64,000 nt of DNA, taken from the NCBI GenBank assembly GCA_050331615.1, contig JBHJGR010000187.1, forward strand, positions 1,827 to 65,826, read 5' to 3'. This DNA is from Elainellaceae cyanobacterium. GTDB lineage: Bacteria; Cyanobacteriota; Cyanobacteriia; CAKZMO01. Positions 39,531-48,284 of the stretch are shown one piece after another (within the stretch, counting starts at the first letter, position 1; each line of letters opens with the position of its first letter). The notes beneath the pieces were generated by a model. It was not told where the DNA came from and did no database searches. It saw only the letters and a list, made by a program, of their open reading frames with translations. The position numbers and the translations under genes are program-made.

Positions 39531-41954
39531 GTGAGGATCATAACCATGACCGCAACTCAGGACACGCAAATTACCTATGTCCGCTGGTTTGAGGATTTGA
39601 ATAACACCCATGTCGATGAGGTGGGGGGCAAGAACGCCTCCCTGGGAGAACTGATTAGCGCTCTGCAGCAGGAGCATGTGCGGGTTCCCAGCGGCTTTGC
39701 CACCACATCGGACGCCTACCGAGAATTTTTGCAGGCCAACCAGCTCACCGAGAAAATTAAGGCCCAGTTAAATAGCCTCAACTCTGGCGAGAAGCCCCTG
39801 GCGGAGGTAGGCAAAGCGATTCGTCGTCTGTTTCTGCGATCGCCCTTCCCCGAGGCCCTGTCCGAAGCAATTCGTCAGTCCTACCGGGAGTTGAGCGATC
39901 GCTACGGCGTCAAGGAAGTAGACGTGGCCGTGCGCAGTAGCGCCACCGCGGAGGACTTACCCGAGGCTAGCTTTGCCGGACAGCAGGAAACTTTTCTCAA
40001 TATCACTGGCGCTGAGGAACTGCTGGATGCCTGCCGCCGCTGTTACGCCTCCCTGTTCACCAACCGGGCGATTAGCTACCGCAACGAAAAGGGCTTTGAC
40101 CACCTGGATCTGGCCTTATCGGTAGGGGTTCAGAAAATGGTGCGGTCGGACAAAGCCAGTGCCGGGGTGATGTTCTCCATCGATACGGAGACGGGCTTCC
40201 CAGAAATTGCCTTGATTACCGCTGCTTGGGGTTTGGGGGAAACGGTGGTACAGGGGTCGGTAACGCCTGATCAGTACACGGTCTATAAACCGCTACTGGA
40301 TCAGCCCGACCTCTGCCCGATTGTGGATAAGACCCGAGGCAGCAAAGAGAAGAAGATGATCTATGCCCCCGGTGGCGATAGCAAAACCACTACGACGGTG
40401 AAAACCTCCGGTAAGGAGCGGGAAGCCTTTGTGCTAGACGACGCCGAAATTCTCCAGCTCGCCCGCTGGGCGGTGGCGGTGGAGCGCCACTACGGCAAGC
40501 CGATGGATCTGGAGTGGGCTAAGGATGGGGACTCGGGCGACCTGTTCATCGTCCAGGCCCGACCGGAAACCGTTCAGTCCCAAAAGCAGGCCGGGGCGCT
40601 GAAGGCTTATCGGATGAAGGAATATGCTGACGTTATCCTAAGTGGGCTGAGTATTGGCGATGCGATCGCCAGCGGCAAGGTTTGTCGCGTCCTCAGCGTG
40701 GAGGACATCGATGAAGTGGAGGACGACAGCATCCTAGTGACGGAGATGACCGATCCGGACTGGGTGCCCGTGATGAAGCGGGTGGCGGGCATCATTACGG
40801 ACTATGGCGGACGTACCTGCCACGCCGCCATTGTTAGCCGGGAGCTGGGCATTCCGGCGATCGTCGGCACGGGAGACGCCACCCATATCCTCAAGAGCGG
40901 TCGGGAAGTAACCCTTTCCTGCGCTGAAGGGGACGAGGGCAAGGTCTACGAAGGGCTGCTGGAGTACGAGATGGACGATATCAGCCTGGAAGACATCCCC
41001 GAAACCCGCACCCAAATTATGATGAACGTCGCCAGCCCCTCTGCCGCCTTCCGCTGGTGGCAGTTGCCCGCCCAGGGCGTGGGTCTGGCTCGCATGGAGT
41101 TCATCGTCAATAACATCATCAAAATCCACCCCATGGCGCTGATTAACTATGACGACCTAGAGGATCGCAAAGCCTGGAAGCAAATTCGGGATTTGACCAA
41201 GGGCTACCAGGACAAGCGCCAGTACTTTGTGGAGAATTTGGCATTGGGCATCGCCAAGATTGCTGCATCCCAATATCCCCATCCAGTGATCGTGCGGATG
41301 AGCGACTTTAAGACCAATGAGTATGCCGACCTAATTGGCGGCTCCGAGTTTGAGCCGACGGAATCTAACCCGATGCTGGGCTTTCGAGGAGCGTCTCGCT
41401 ACTACAGCGATCGCTACCGCGACGGCTTTGCCCTAGAATGTCAGGCTATCAAGCGTGTACGGGAGGTCATCGGCTTCGACAACGTGCTGATTATGATCCC
41501 CTTTTGCCGCACCCTAACGGAGGCCGACAAGGTGCTAAATGTGCTGGCGGACAACGGCCTGAGGCGAGGGGAAAACGGCCTCCAGGTTTACGTGATGTGC
41601 GAGATTCCCGCCAATGTGGAGCTGGCGGCGGAGTTCTCTGAGCGCTTTGATGGCTTCTCCATCGGTAGCAACGACCTCACCCAACTAGCTCTAGGAGTGG
41701 ATCGGGACTCCGGCGAGCTGGCCCACCTGTTCGATGAGCGCGACCCTGCCGTGAAGCGCATGATCCAGCGGCTCATCAAAACTGCCCGAGAGCGGGGCTG
41801 TAAGGTAGGCATCTGCGGCCAAGCCCCCAGCGACTATCCTGACTTTGCTGCTTTCTTGGTGGAGGAGGGGATCGACTCCATGTCCCTCAACCCCGATAGC
41901 GTGATTCAGGTGATTCAGCGGGTCGCGGAGAAGGAAAAGCAGCTTGCTCGATGA
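39531..41954 (+). CDS. ppsA: Phosphoenolpyruvate synthase (pyruvate, water dikinase).
   Basis: VGGKNASLGE, VAVRSSATAEDLPEASFAGQQETFLN, the phospho-His domain (GGRTCHAAIVSRELGIPA), and a PEP-utilising C-terminal TIM barrel. The start may be MTATQ at 39546. Confidence 0.95.
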   Translation: MRIITMTATQDTQITYVRWFEDLNNTHVDEVGGKNASLGELISALQQEHVRVPSGFATTSDAYREFLQANQLTEKIKAQLNSLNSGEKPLAEVGKAIRRLFLRSPFPEALSEAIRQSYRELSDRYGVKEVDVAVRSSATAEDLPEASFAGQQETFLNITGAEELLDACRRCYASLFTNRAISYRNEKGFDHLDLALSVGVQKMVRSDKASAGVMFSIDTETGFPEIALITAAWGLGETVVQGSVTPDQYTVYKPLLDQPDLCPIVDKTRGSKEKKMIYAPGGDSKTTTTVKTSGKEREAFVLDDAEILQLARWAVAVERHYGKPMDLEWAKDGDSGDLFIVQARPETVQSQKQAGALKAYRMKEYADVILSGLSIGDAIASGKVCRVLSVEDIDEVEDDSILVTEMTDPDWVPVMKRVAGIITDYGGRTCHAAIVSRELGIPAIVGTGDATHILKSGREVTLSCAEGDEGKVYEGLLEYEMDDISLEDIPETRTQIMMNVASPSAAFRWWQLPAQGVGLARMEFIVNNIIKIHPMALINYDDLEDRKAWKQIRDLTKGYQDKRQYFVENLALGIAKIAASQYPHPVIVRMSDFKTNEYADLIGGSEFEPTESNPMLGFRGASRYYSDRYRDGFALECQAIKRVREVIGFDNVLIMIPFCRTLTEADKVLNVLADNGLRRGENGLQVYVMCEIPANVELAAEFSERFDGFSIGSNDLTQLALGVDRDSGELAHLFDERDPAVKRMIQRLIKTARERGCKVGICGQAPSDYPDFAAFLVEEGIDSMSLNPDSVIQVIQRVAEKEKQLAR

Positions 41955-42032
41955 GTAAAGTAGACGGGGTACGCCCCCTTTGAGAGGCGCACCCCATTTA
42001 AGATGCTGTAGTTACTCAGCTAAGAAGCGAGA

Positions 42033-42215
42033 CTAGTCAAGCTTTTCTTTCACTTTGTCCTTCACGTCTTCTTTAGCGTGCTGCGCTTGAGCCTGAGTCT
42101 GCTTGGCGCGACCTTCGGTCTTATCTTCCGGATCGCCCGTAACGTTTCCAAGCGCTTCTTGAGCCTTACCCTCGATGTTCTTGGCCGTTGCATTCATCCG
42201 ATCTTCTGCACTCAT
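42033..42215 (-). CDS. CsbD-like general stress protein.
   Basis: 60-aa Lys/Glu-rich protein with the GKAQEALGNVTGD...EGRAKQ CsbD pattern. The start at 42215 has a GAGGT RBS; the track start at 42239 is less likely. Confidence 0.7.
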   Translation of the reverse strand: MSAEDRMNATAKNIEGKAQEALGNVTGDPEDKTEGRAKQTQAQAQHAKEDVKDKVKEKLD

Positions 42216-42564
42216 AAGATATACCTCTTTTGTACACATCTATGCGTCAACTTTAGCTATTAAGTTTCTCATCCAACGTCCTTCTCCAGGCACAAATCAA
42301 GCTACTTAGACACATCGAAAGTAAGGACTTGTGGACGAGTAGGCCCACCCCATCAAGATGACGCTAACGACTGACAACATTTGACAAATGAAAACGATTA
42401 GTCAGGTAAGATTTCTCTTAACTTGCGTCTACCCTGAGTGGTATCTACCTCTTGATGGATGTCAAATAAGTTCAATCGCAAGATTGAGGCAGGCATTTCA
42501 AATTCAGTGATAAAAAGGTGACGTTCAGAGCTTTTTTCGACTGCCGAAGCGTTTTTATTTCACT

Positions 42565-42614
42565 GAATTGAGTTCATTGAGTAAAGTTCATTGAGTAAAG
42601 TGCATTGAGCAAGG
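42565..42614. promoter_or_regulatory. About 2.5 tandem copies of the 14-mer TTCATTGAGTAAAG in the promoter region of the 42666 gene.
   Basis: Read directly: GAGTTCATTGAGTAAAGTTCATTGAGTAAAGTGCATTGAGCAAGG. Confidence 0.5.
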
Positions 42615-42665
42615 CCAAGGTCTATTGAAAAAAGTTCGCTATGTTGACCAAGTGGGAGAAATTCT

Positions 42666-43016
42666 ATGAAGTTGCTTCGACTCATTGTTGTTGCCTTTGC
42701 TTGCGTGCTAATGATAGTATCTAGCGCTGTCCCGGCGATCGCTGTCGGAAATCCGGATGCTGGTTATCAGAGCAGTCCAGCTAAAGGGGAAACTCAGCTC
42801 CATAACCTGCAGGACCGTTCAGAAGATGTCTTGAAAGAGCAGCCATTACCTGGCGAGAAGTCTCAAGAAGAGGTGGGTCCCCGCGATCTCAATGTTGCCC
42901 AGACTGACGCTGATTTAGACAAGATGAATACGCCTGAGAATTCTCAGCAGGCTAGCAGCGTGGAGCAGAAAGTCAAGAATGCCCTTGAGAACCTCACGGG
43001 TCAGGACAATCGGTAG
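42666..43016 (+). CDS. Small secreted hypothetical protein.
   Basis: Signal peptide (MKLLRLIVVAFACVLMIVSSAVPAIAVG) followed by a hydrophilic acidic region; 116 aa. Confidence 0.5.
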   Translation: MKLLRLIVVAFACVLMIVSSAVPAIAVGNPDAGYQSSPAKGETQLHNLQDRSEDVLKEQPLPGEKSQEEVGPRDLNVAQTDADLDKMNTPENSQQASSVEQKVKNALENLTGQDNR

Positions 43017-43091
43017 ACTGCAAAGTTCAGCTTCCAAGCAGACTGCTCGAAATAAACTGCTCTAGCAGCCTGCTTCAGATTGGCTCTATCC

Positions 43092-43186
43092 TATACATCG
43101 CTACGCTTTCGCGTTAGGACGTTTAAGAGGTGTGGAACCCCCGAGTCGCGGGGGTTCCACACCCAAACCTGGGACCGTAGGGCTAT
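43092..43186 (-). mobile_element. Copy D of the MITE-like repeat, inverted orientation, 22 bp upstream of the PLD-like gene.
   Basis: TATACATCGCTACGCTTTCGCGTTAGGACGTTTAAGAGGTGTGGAACCCCCGAGTCGCGGGGGTTCCACAC...CCGTAGGGCTAT. Confidence 0.75.
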
Positions 43187-43207
43187 TTCTGTTTATACTT
43201 ACTACCC

Positions 43208-44497
43208 GTGGCAATTTTTGATTGGATTCTGCTGATTCTGGGATTTCTGGCGGCCTTTGCAGCGATCTTTTTGGTGTTCACCCTTTATCTAGGGGGGACT
43301 TTCCGTCGCCGCATTATTTACCGGCTTAAACACGCCCCCAAGCTTTCTGAGACTAGATTTCCCTTCGTCATAACCAGCCTCTCCGACTCATTGACCACGA
43401 GTGGCCATCTCACTGGTTTTTGGGTCGAGGCTGACGAAATCTTTGCCGCTCGGCTCAACGCTATTCATCAAGCAAAACACTCCATCCACTTCGAAACCTT
43501 CTTCATGACGCCGGGGCGTCGGGCCGATGCTTTCGCTGAGGCGATCGCCCAGAAAGCCCAAGCAGGCGTCGAAGTGCTATTCATTGCCGACCACTACGGT
43601 GCCCACGGTTTTCCCTCAAGCTATTGGCGACGGCTGCGGCGGTCGGGGGTAGAGGTGCGGTTTTTCCACCCGTTTAGCTGGCGATCGCCCCTAGACTACT
43701 TGGAGCGCACCCACCGCAAGCTACTCCTGATTGACAGCGAACAGGCACTCATTGGCGGCGCGGGGATCTCGGACCATTGGGACGGGCGCAAAGAGGCAGG
43801 AGAAAAAGCCCCTTGGCTGGACTTTGAAATTGCCCTGCGGGGACCAATTGTGTCGGTGCTAGAAGGTACCTTTATGCAGCACTGGACCTATGTGGGCGGA
43901 GTGGCGGATGTGGGCGATCGCGTCATTCGGGCAACAACCCCAGAGCCGTCATCCATCTACGTCATCCCTGGCGATCCGTCCTATCGGAACTCATCGGTGA
44001 CCGCCCTGTTCCATATCAGCTTTCAGGCGGCTCAAGAACGTATTTGGCTCGCCAGTCCTTATTTGCTGCCCAACGATGAGCTGCAGCAAGACCTGATTGA
44101 TGCTGATCGGCGCGGCGTTGACGTGCGTATTCTCACCATGGGCCACTACAACGACAAGCCCTACGTCTACTACGCCTCCCGTGAGCGCTATCTACCTTTG
44201 TTGGAAGCGGGTATCAAACTCTACGAATACCAGCCCAGCATGCTTCACGCCAAGCTCATGGTGGTAGACGGTAGCTGGGTCAGCGTGGGCAGCGCTAATT
44301 TGGACCCCCGCAGCTTATTTCGCAATGACGAACTCAACCTTTCTATGCAGGATGCCGATTTGTGCGATCGCATGGAAGCTTTCTTTCTCCGCGCCCTTGA
44401 TGCCAGCCATTTAATTACCGTCTCCCAATGGAAACAGCGTCCCTACTGGCAGCGGTTGATTGGGCGGACCGGTCTACTGTTTCAGCGGCAGCTTTGA
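43208..44497 (+). CDS. Phospholipase D / cardiolipin synthase-like protein.
   Basis: N-terminal TM helix and two HKD motifs (HRKLLLIDSEQALIGGAGIS and HAKLMVVDGSWVSVGSANLD). Confidence 0.85.
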   Translation: MAIFDWILLILGFLAAFAAIFLVFTLYLGGTFRRRIIYRLKHAPKLSETRFPFVITSLSDSLTTSGHLTGFWVEADEIFAARLNAIHQAKHSIHFETFFMTPGRRADAFAEAIAQKAQAGVEVLFIADHYGAHGFPSSYWRRLRRSGVEVRFFHPFSWRSPLDYLERTHRKLLLIDSEQALIGGAGISDHWDGRKEAGEKAPWLDFEIALRGPIVSVLEGTFMQHWTYVGGVADVGDRVIRATTPEPSSIYVIPGDPSYRNSSVTALFHISFQAAQERIWLASPYLLPNDELQQDLIDADRRGVDVRILTMGHYNDKPYVYYASRERYLPLLEAGIKLYEYQPSMLHAKLMVVDGSWVSVGSANLDPRSLFRNDELNLSMQDADLCDRMEAFFLRALDASHLITVSQWKQRPYWQRLIGRTGLLFQRQL

Positions 44498-44535
44498 GGA
44501 TGGGCGATGGGAGGCGTAAGGGCAGGCCATTGCCC

Positions 44536-46026
44536 CTACGGATTTTTCTCCGCCTTATCAAGACTTTCTTCGGAGGTCTGGTAGAGCTGATCCGCCTCCT
44601 CCAGCGTCGCTTCCGGGTCGTGCTGCACCGATTGCTGCACGTAGTTGACCTTGATTTCCTCCAATATATCCGCCAAAAGACGTTCAATCTCCTGCTGGGT
44701 GGCGCGATCGCGCAACTCCTGCAGTAACGCTTCCCGAAAGTTACCCGATAGCTGATCGAGCAGAACCCGGCCCTCCAAATCCCCATAGGAGGACACCAGC
44801 ACCTCGTAGGACGCCTGGGCTAGGTAGTCTGCAAAGGTTTCCGTCGTTTCTTCTGGAATGCTGCTGATTCCCGGCAGTCGCTGCAGGCTTTGAAAGAAAT
44901 CGGACCCCGCTACCGCCCGCCGTAGGCTATGCCGCAGTAGGGCTTCTAAATCAGGCTGGATCTGAGGGAGGGCCTTGTAGACGGCCAGATCCAGCAGCCG
45001 ATCAACGATGGCATCCACCTTATCGGGATGACCAATTTGCACATATTCGCCTGACGCCCCCAGCAGGGCACGGGCCAGCGCTCCTTCATTCACCGAACTG
45101 CGAGTCTGATTAATCAGCCGCACCAGAGCAAAGGTGGAAACGCGATCGGCTAGATAGGCGGCGGGTTCGTGGGTCAGTTCCGACAGCACCCGCTCCAAAT
45201 TCAGCAGCCCCGACTGGTGCAGGCGAGTTGTAACGGGGATTGCCCGCAGCCACCGCCAAAAGGGAATGAGCAGAAAGAGGTCATACCATCGCCGCAGCAT
45301 GGCCGCAGCCCAGGACGGATGAGCTTGGGTGCGGCTGATTATCCAGGTACGGATTAAATAGTCTAGAAAAAAGAAGGCGATGAAAGCGATATCCAACCGC
45401 CAAAACCCGTCCTCATATTGCCCAGTTGCCGTAATCGGACGGTAGTAGTTGCGCTGTAGCAAAGGTGCCAGATCCTGCTGAAAGAAAGCCACGGCAGGCT
45501 GCCACCCCGCCTGTTCGAGATAATCTAAACTCCAGAAAATTTGAAAGGCTTCCTTGGTACTGGCCGTGCCCATGTGCTGCCGCATGCGCTGCTTAAAGGT
45601 GGCAAAGGTGCCGAACTGGCCCGAACCCGCAAAGGGGTTTTCATCCACCAGGGCTTCACTTTGCTGCTGTAGATCGGTGAGGATAGGGGCGATCGCCGGA
45701 GCCCGAATACCCACCGTTTCAATCTCCTGATCTAGCCGCTCGACCGCCTGCAAATAGCTTTGGGTCGTGGGGTGAACCTGGACGTGCTTGACGGGGTCAT
45801 AAAGGGCCGTGAGGCCGGGGGCGTAATGGAGGTAAACATCCCGTAGATGCAGGTAGCTCAGGTCAAAGCCCACCAGCAGTAGGTTAATCAAAGCAATCAG
45901 GGCCGTTACCTTGCTCCACCAGCTAGCTCGCCGCTGCTTTTGCTGTCGGGACTGAACTTGAATCACTTCAGACGGCACGGGCGGGGGAACCGTTTGCTGC
46001 TCCACAGGAGAAACTGGATGGGCCAT
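44536..46026 (-). CDS. Hypothetical membrane protein (496 aa), last gene of a 3-gene same-strand cluster.
   Basis: Clean ORF with an N-terminal TM and two internal TM helices (FIAFFFLDYLIRTWII; LFLLIPFWRWL). No family recognised. Confidence 0.55.
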   Translation of the reverse strand: MAHPVSPVEQQTVPPPVPSEVIQVQSRQQKQRRASWWSKVTALIALINLLLVGFDLSYLHLRDVYLHYAPGLTALYDPVKHVQVHPTTQSYLQAVERLDQEIETVGIRAPAIAPILTDLQQQSEALVDENPFAGSGQFGTFATFKQRMRQHMGTASTKEAFQIFWSLDYLEQAGWQPAVAFFQQDLAPLLQRNYYRPITATGQYEDGFWRLDIAFIAFFFLDYLIRTWIISRTQAHPSWAAAMLRRWYDLFLLIPFWRWLRAIPVTTRLHQSGLLNLERVLSELTHEPAAYLADRVSTFALVRLINQTRSSVNEGALARALLGASGEYVQIGHPDKVDAIVDRLLDLAVYKALPQIQPDLEALLRHSLRRAVAGSDFFQSLQRLPGISSIPEETTETFADYLAQASYEVLVSSYGDLEGRVLLDQLSGNFREALLQELRDRATQQEIERLLADILEEIKVNYVQQSVQHDPEATLEEADQLYQTSEESLDKAEKNP

Positions 46027-46132
46027 GACAGTTGGGTCGGTCTTTGTTGGTCACAATGCGCGCATCTATCATCGCCCAAAAGGTGCGATCGCACGTCTAT
46101 CCAGAGAACCAATTCAGTGCGGGTGGGGAAAT

Positions 46133-47011
46133 CTAAGAAATCTCGATTTGCGCCATCACAGGATAGTGGTCGCTGGGATAGACCGGCGGCTCGGCATCTT
46201 TGATGATTTGGCAGGATTGGGGAACGAGGGCACGGTGGGTGCCGCTGCGGGTGAGCACCCAGTCGAGCCGCCAGTTAATCGGCAGGTCGATTTCCTGCTG
46301 CGCCATCGCCTCATCGGCGGTGAAGTTTTCCCCCTGGAAGTTATGCACCGTATGCACATCAGCAGAATCCTGGTGGCCCGTGGCCAAAAACGCATCATCA
46401 AAGCCCTGGTTGCAAAACAGGTCATGGGCGTTGGGTTCTTGGCCAGTCTGACGAGGACCGTCATCCTCCAGCGGCAGGGGCGTATTGAAGTCCCCCGTGA
46501 GCACCACCGGAAACCCATTGGGATTGAGCTGAGTCAGCTTTTCTAGGATGAGCTTGGCCCCTCGCTGGCGGGCGATCGCACTCCCGTGATCCAAATGGGT
46601 ATTGAGATGCACGATATGTGCGGACTCTCCCTCGCCCACCCACTCCAGAATCACCCAGGTCGCCACTTTGATGCGGGCCGACCCCCAGCTTGTAGACCAG
46701 CGATCGCAGGTTTCGCTCAGGTAAAAGCTGCCCTGCTGCAGTGGCCGAAAGCGGGCCGTATTCCAGTAAATGGCGCAGTAGAGGAGGCGTCCAGGCCGGT
46801 TATACTCTGCCCCCAGCGTCCACTGATAGTGGGGCAGGGCCTGCTCATAGGTGGCCGCATTACCCACCTGAAGCTCCTGAAAGCCAATCAGGTCAGGAGC
46901 ATGGTTTCGAATGGTTTGCAGGTTGAGCGGTGCACGGTGTTGCCAATGGTTGACGTCGTCATATTCCGGCGTTCCCCGAATGTTGAACGTCATTGCGCTG
47001 AAGCTGGGCAC
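46133..47011 (-). CDS. Endonuclease/exonuclease/phosphatase (EEP) family protein.
   Basis: MTFNIRG...DLIGFQEL N-terminal EEP signature, internal HLDH and C-terminal SDHYPV catalytic His/Asp motifs. An alternative start is at 46993. Confidence 0.8.
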   Translation of the reverse strand: MPSFSAMTFNIRGTPEYDDVNHWQHRAPLNLQTIRNHAPDLIGFQELQVGNAATYEQALPHYQWTLGAEYNRPGRLLYCAIYWNTARFRPLQQGSFYLSETCDRWSTSWGSARIKVATWVILEWVGEGESAHIVHLNTHLDHGSAIARQRGAKLILEKLTQLNPNGFPVVLTGDFNTPLPLEDDGPRQTGQEPNAHDLFCNQGFDDAFLATGHQDSADVHTVHNFQGENFTADEAMAQQEIDLPINWRLDWVLTRSGTHRALVPQSCQIIKDAEPPVYPSDHYPVMAQIEIS

Positions 47012-47098
47012 AGGCCCTCCTCAATGAAACTGTTACTCTGATAGGTGGTCTCCCCGATCCTGACACGGATTTACTGCTGGCGAAACGCTCCCCAGGTC

Positions 47099-47740
47099 TC
47101 AGATTGTCCAACATTGATGACACATCCAGCGGGAGCGCTGGCCTGTCTGGGGAGAGCCGTCTCCTTCCTGCTGATTGCTCCCCAGTTCAACCCGCTGATA
47201 GAAACGCAGCTCCCAGCCGACAGCCGCTGCTGGATTTACCAATGTCAAAGCCAGGTGCCTGAGCGACTCGTGGTAGATCTGATCAAAGCCATAGGCCAGG
47301 CTGAGGTGAAGCCAGTCCTTCAGGCGCAGCGCATCCCGCCGCGTGGGGGACTGAGCCTGCCGAGCAAAGCTAGCAATCAGGTGTTTGATCCAGTCGGATT
47401 CCAGCTCTAGCCCGTGCCAGTCAGAATGAAAGGTGAGGCCACGGACGGCGATCGCCGGGTGAGGCTGTTCTGCCCGTGCGGCCATCAGCGCCTGCTCCAG
47501 GGCCATGCAATATGCGGGAACAGCGGCTTCTTGGTCGTGGAAAAAGCCCGTCAGCGTGCAGTGGGGCATGTAGGCGTGGGCCTTGTTAGGGGCGATCGCC
47601 CGGCTTTTCTCAAAGTAAAGCTCAAGCTGCTGGGCCAAATCGCCCACAGGGCAGGCGTAGACGATGAATTCGCCCCATGGTTTGCCAGGTCCTTCACGAG
47701 AGGTTTCGCCAGACTGAACCGTCATGCCGCTTCTCACCAA
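47099..47740 (-). CDS. 2H phosphoesterase superfamily protein (LigT/CPDase-like).
   Basis: Two H-x-T/S-x motifs (PHCTLTGFF and LHLSLAYGF) about 90 residues apart, as in 2'-5' RNA ligase/cyclic phosphodiesterases. Confidence 0.65.
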   Translation of the reverse strand: MVRSGMTVQSGETSREGPGKPWGEFIVYACPVGDLAQQLELYFEKSRAIAPNKAHAYMPHCTLTGFFHDQEAAVPAYCMALEQALMAARAEQPHPAIAVRGLTFHSDWHGLELESDWIKHLIASFARQAQSPTRRDALRLKDWLHLSLAYGFDQIYHESLRHLALTLVNPAAAVGWELRFYQRVELGSNQQEGDGSPQTGQRSRWMCHQCWTI

Positions 47741-47837
47741 TTTCTTAGATGGAGGTCAGACCAGGCTCAGCGTAACACTTCACCATAGAAAATGTACTCC
47801 TTGATTGCCGCGTGATGAGCGCGTGAACCTGTTCGCC

Positions 47838-48224
47838 ATGTCACCCAACTCTGCCCACATCCTCCTGATCGAAGACAACCTCCGCCTAGCCCGACTCGTA
47901 GCGATGGAGCTGCGGGACGTCGGCTATCGCGTCAACGTCGCATCCTCAGGGACGACGGGACTGCAGATGGCCCTGAGGCTGTCCCCGGACCTGATTCTGC
48001 TGGATTGGAGCCTGCCCGATGTAGACGGCATGTCCGTTTGTCGGCAACTGCGGGCTGCCTGCTACCCCTGCCCTATTATCGTGATTACCAGCAGGAGTGA
48101 GCAGGACTGCCGCTCAATCTGTCTTCAGTCGGGAGCCGATACCTATCTAATCAAACCATTTGATCTGGATGCGCTGCTGAATCGGGTTGCGGCTTATCAG
48201 CAGGTGTGTGGCAGTGCCGCCTAG
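47838..48224 (+). CDS. Single-domain CheY-like response regulator receiver, divergent from the 2H/EEP cluster.
   Basis: ILLIEDN, phospho-acceptor D in LILLDW, conserved T/S (VITSRS) and K (YLIKP). A start at 47838 is preferred. Confidence 0.8.
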   Translation: MSPNSAHILLIEDNLRLARLVAMELRDVGYRVNVASSGTTGLQMALRLSPDLILLDWSLPDVDGMSVCRQLRAACYPCPIIVITSRSEQDCRSICLQSGADTYLIKPFDLDALLNRVAAYQQVCGSAA

Positions 48225-48284
48225 CTGGTTGACTGACAAATCTGACTCCCCCTTATTCCCCCGCCCCCTTCTCCCACGAGGGGC

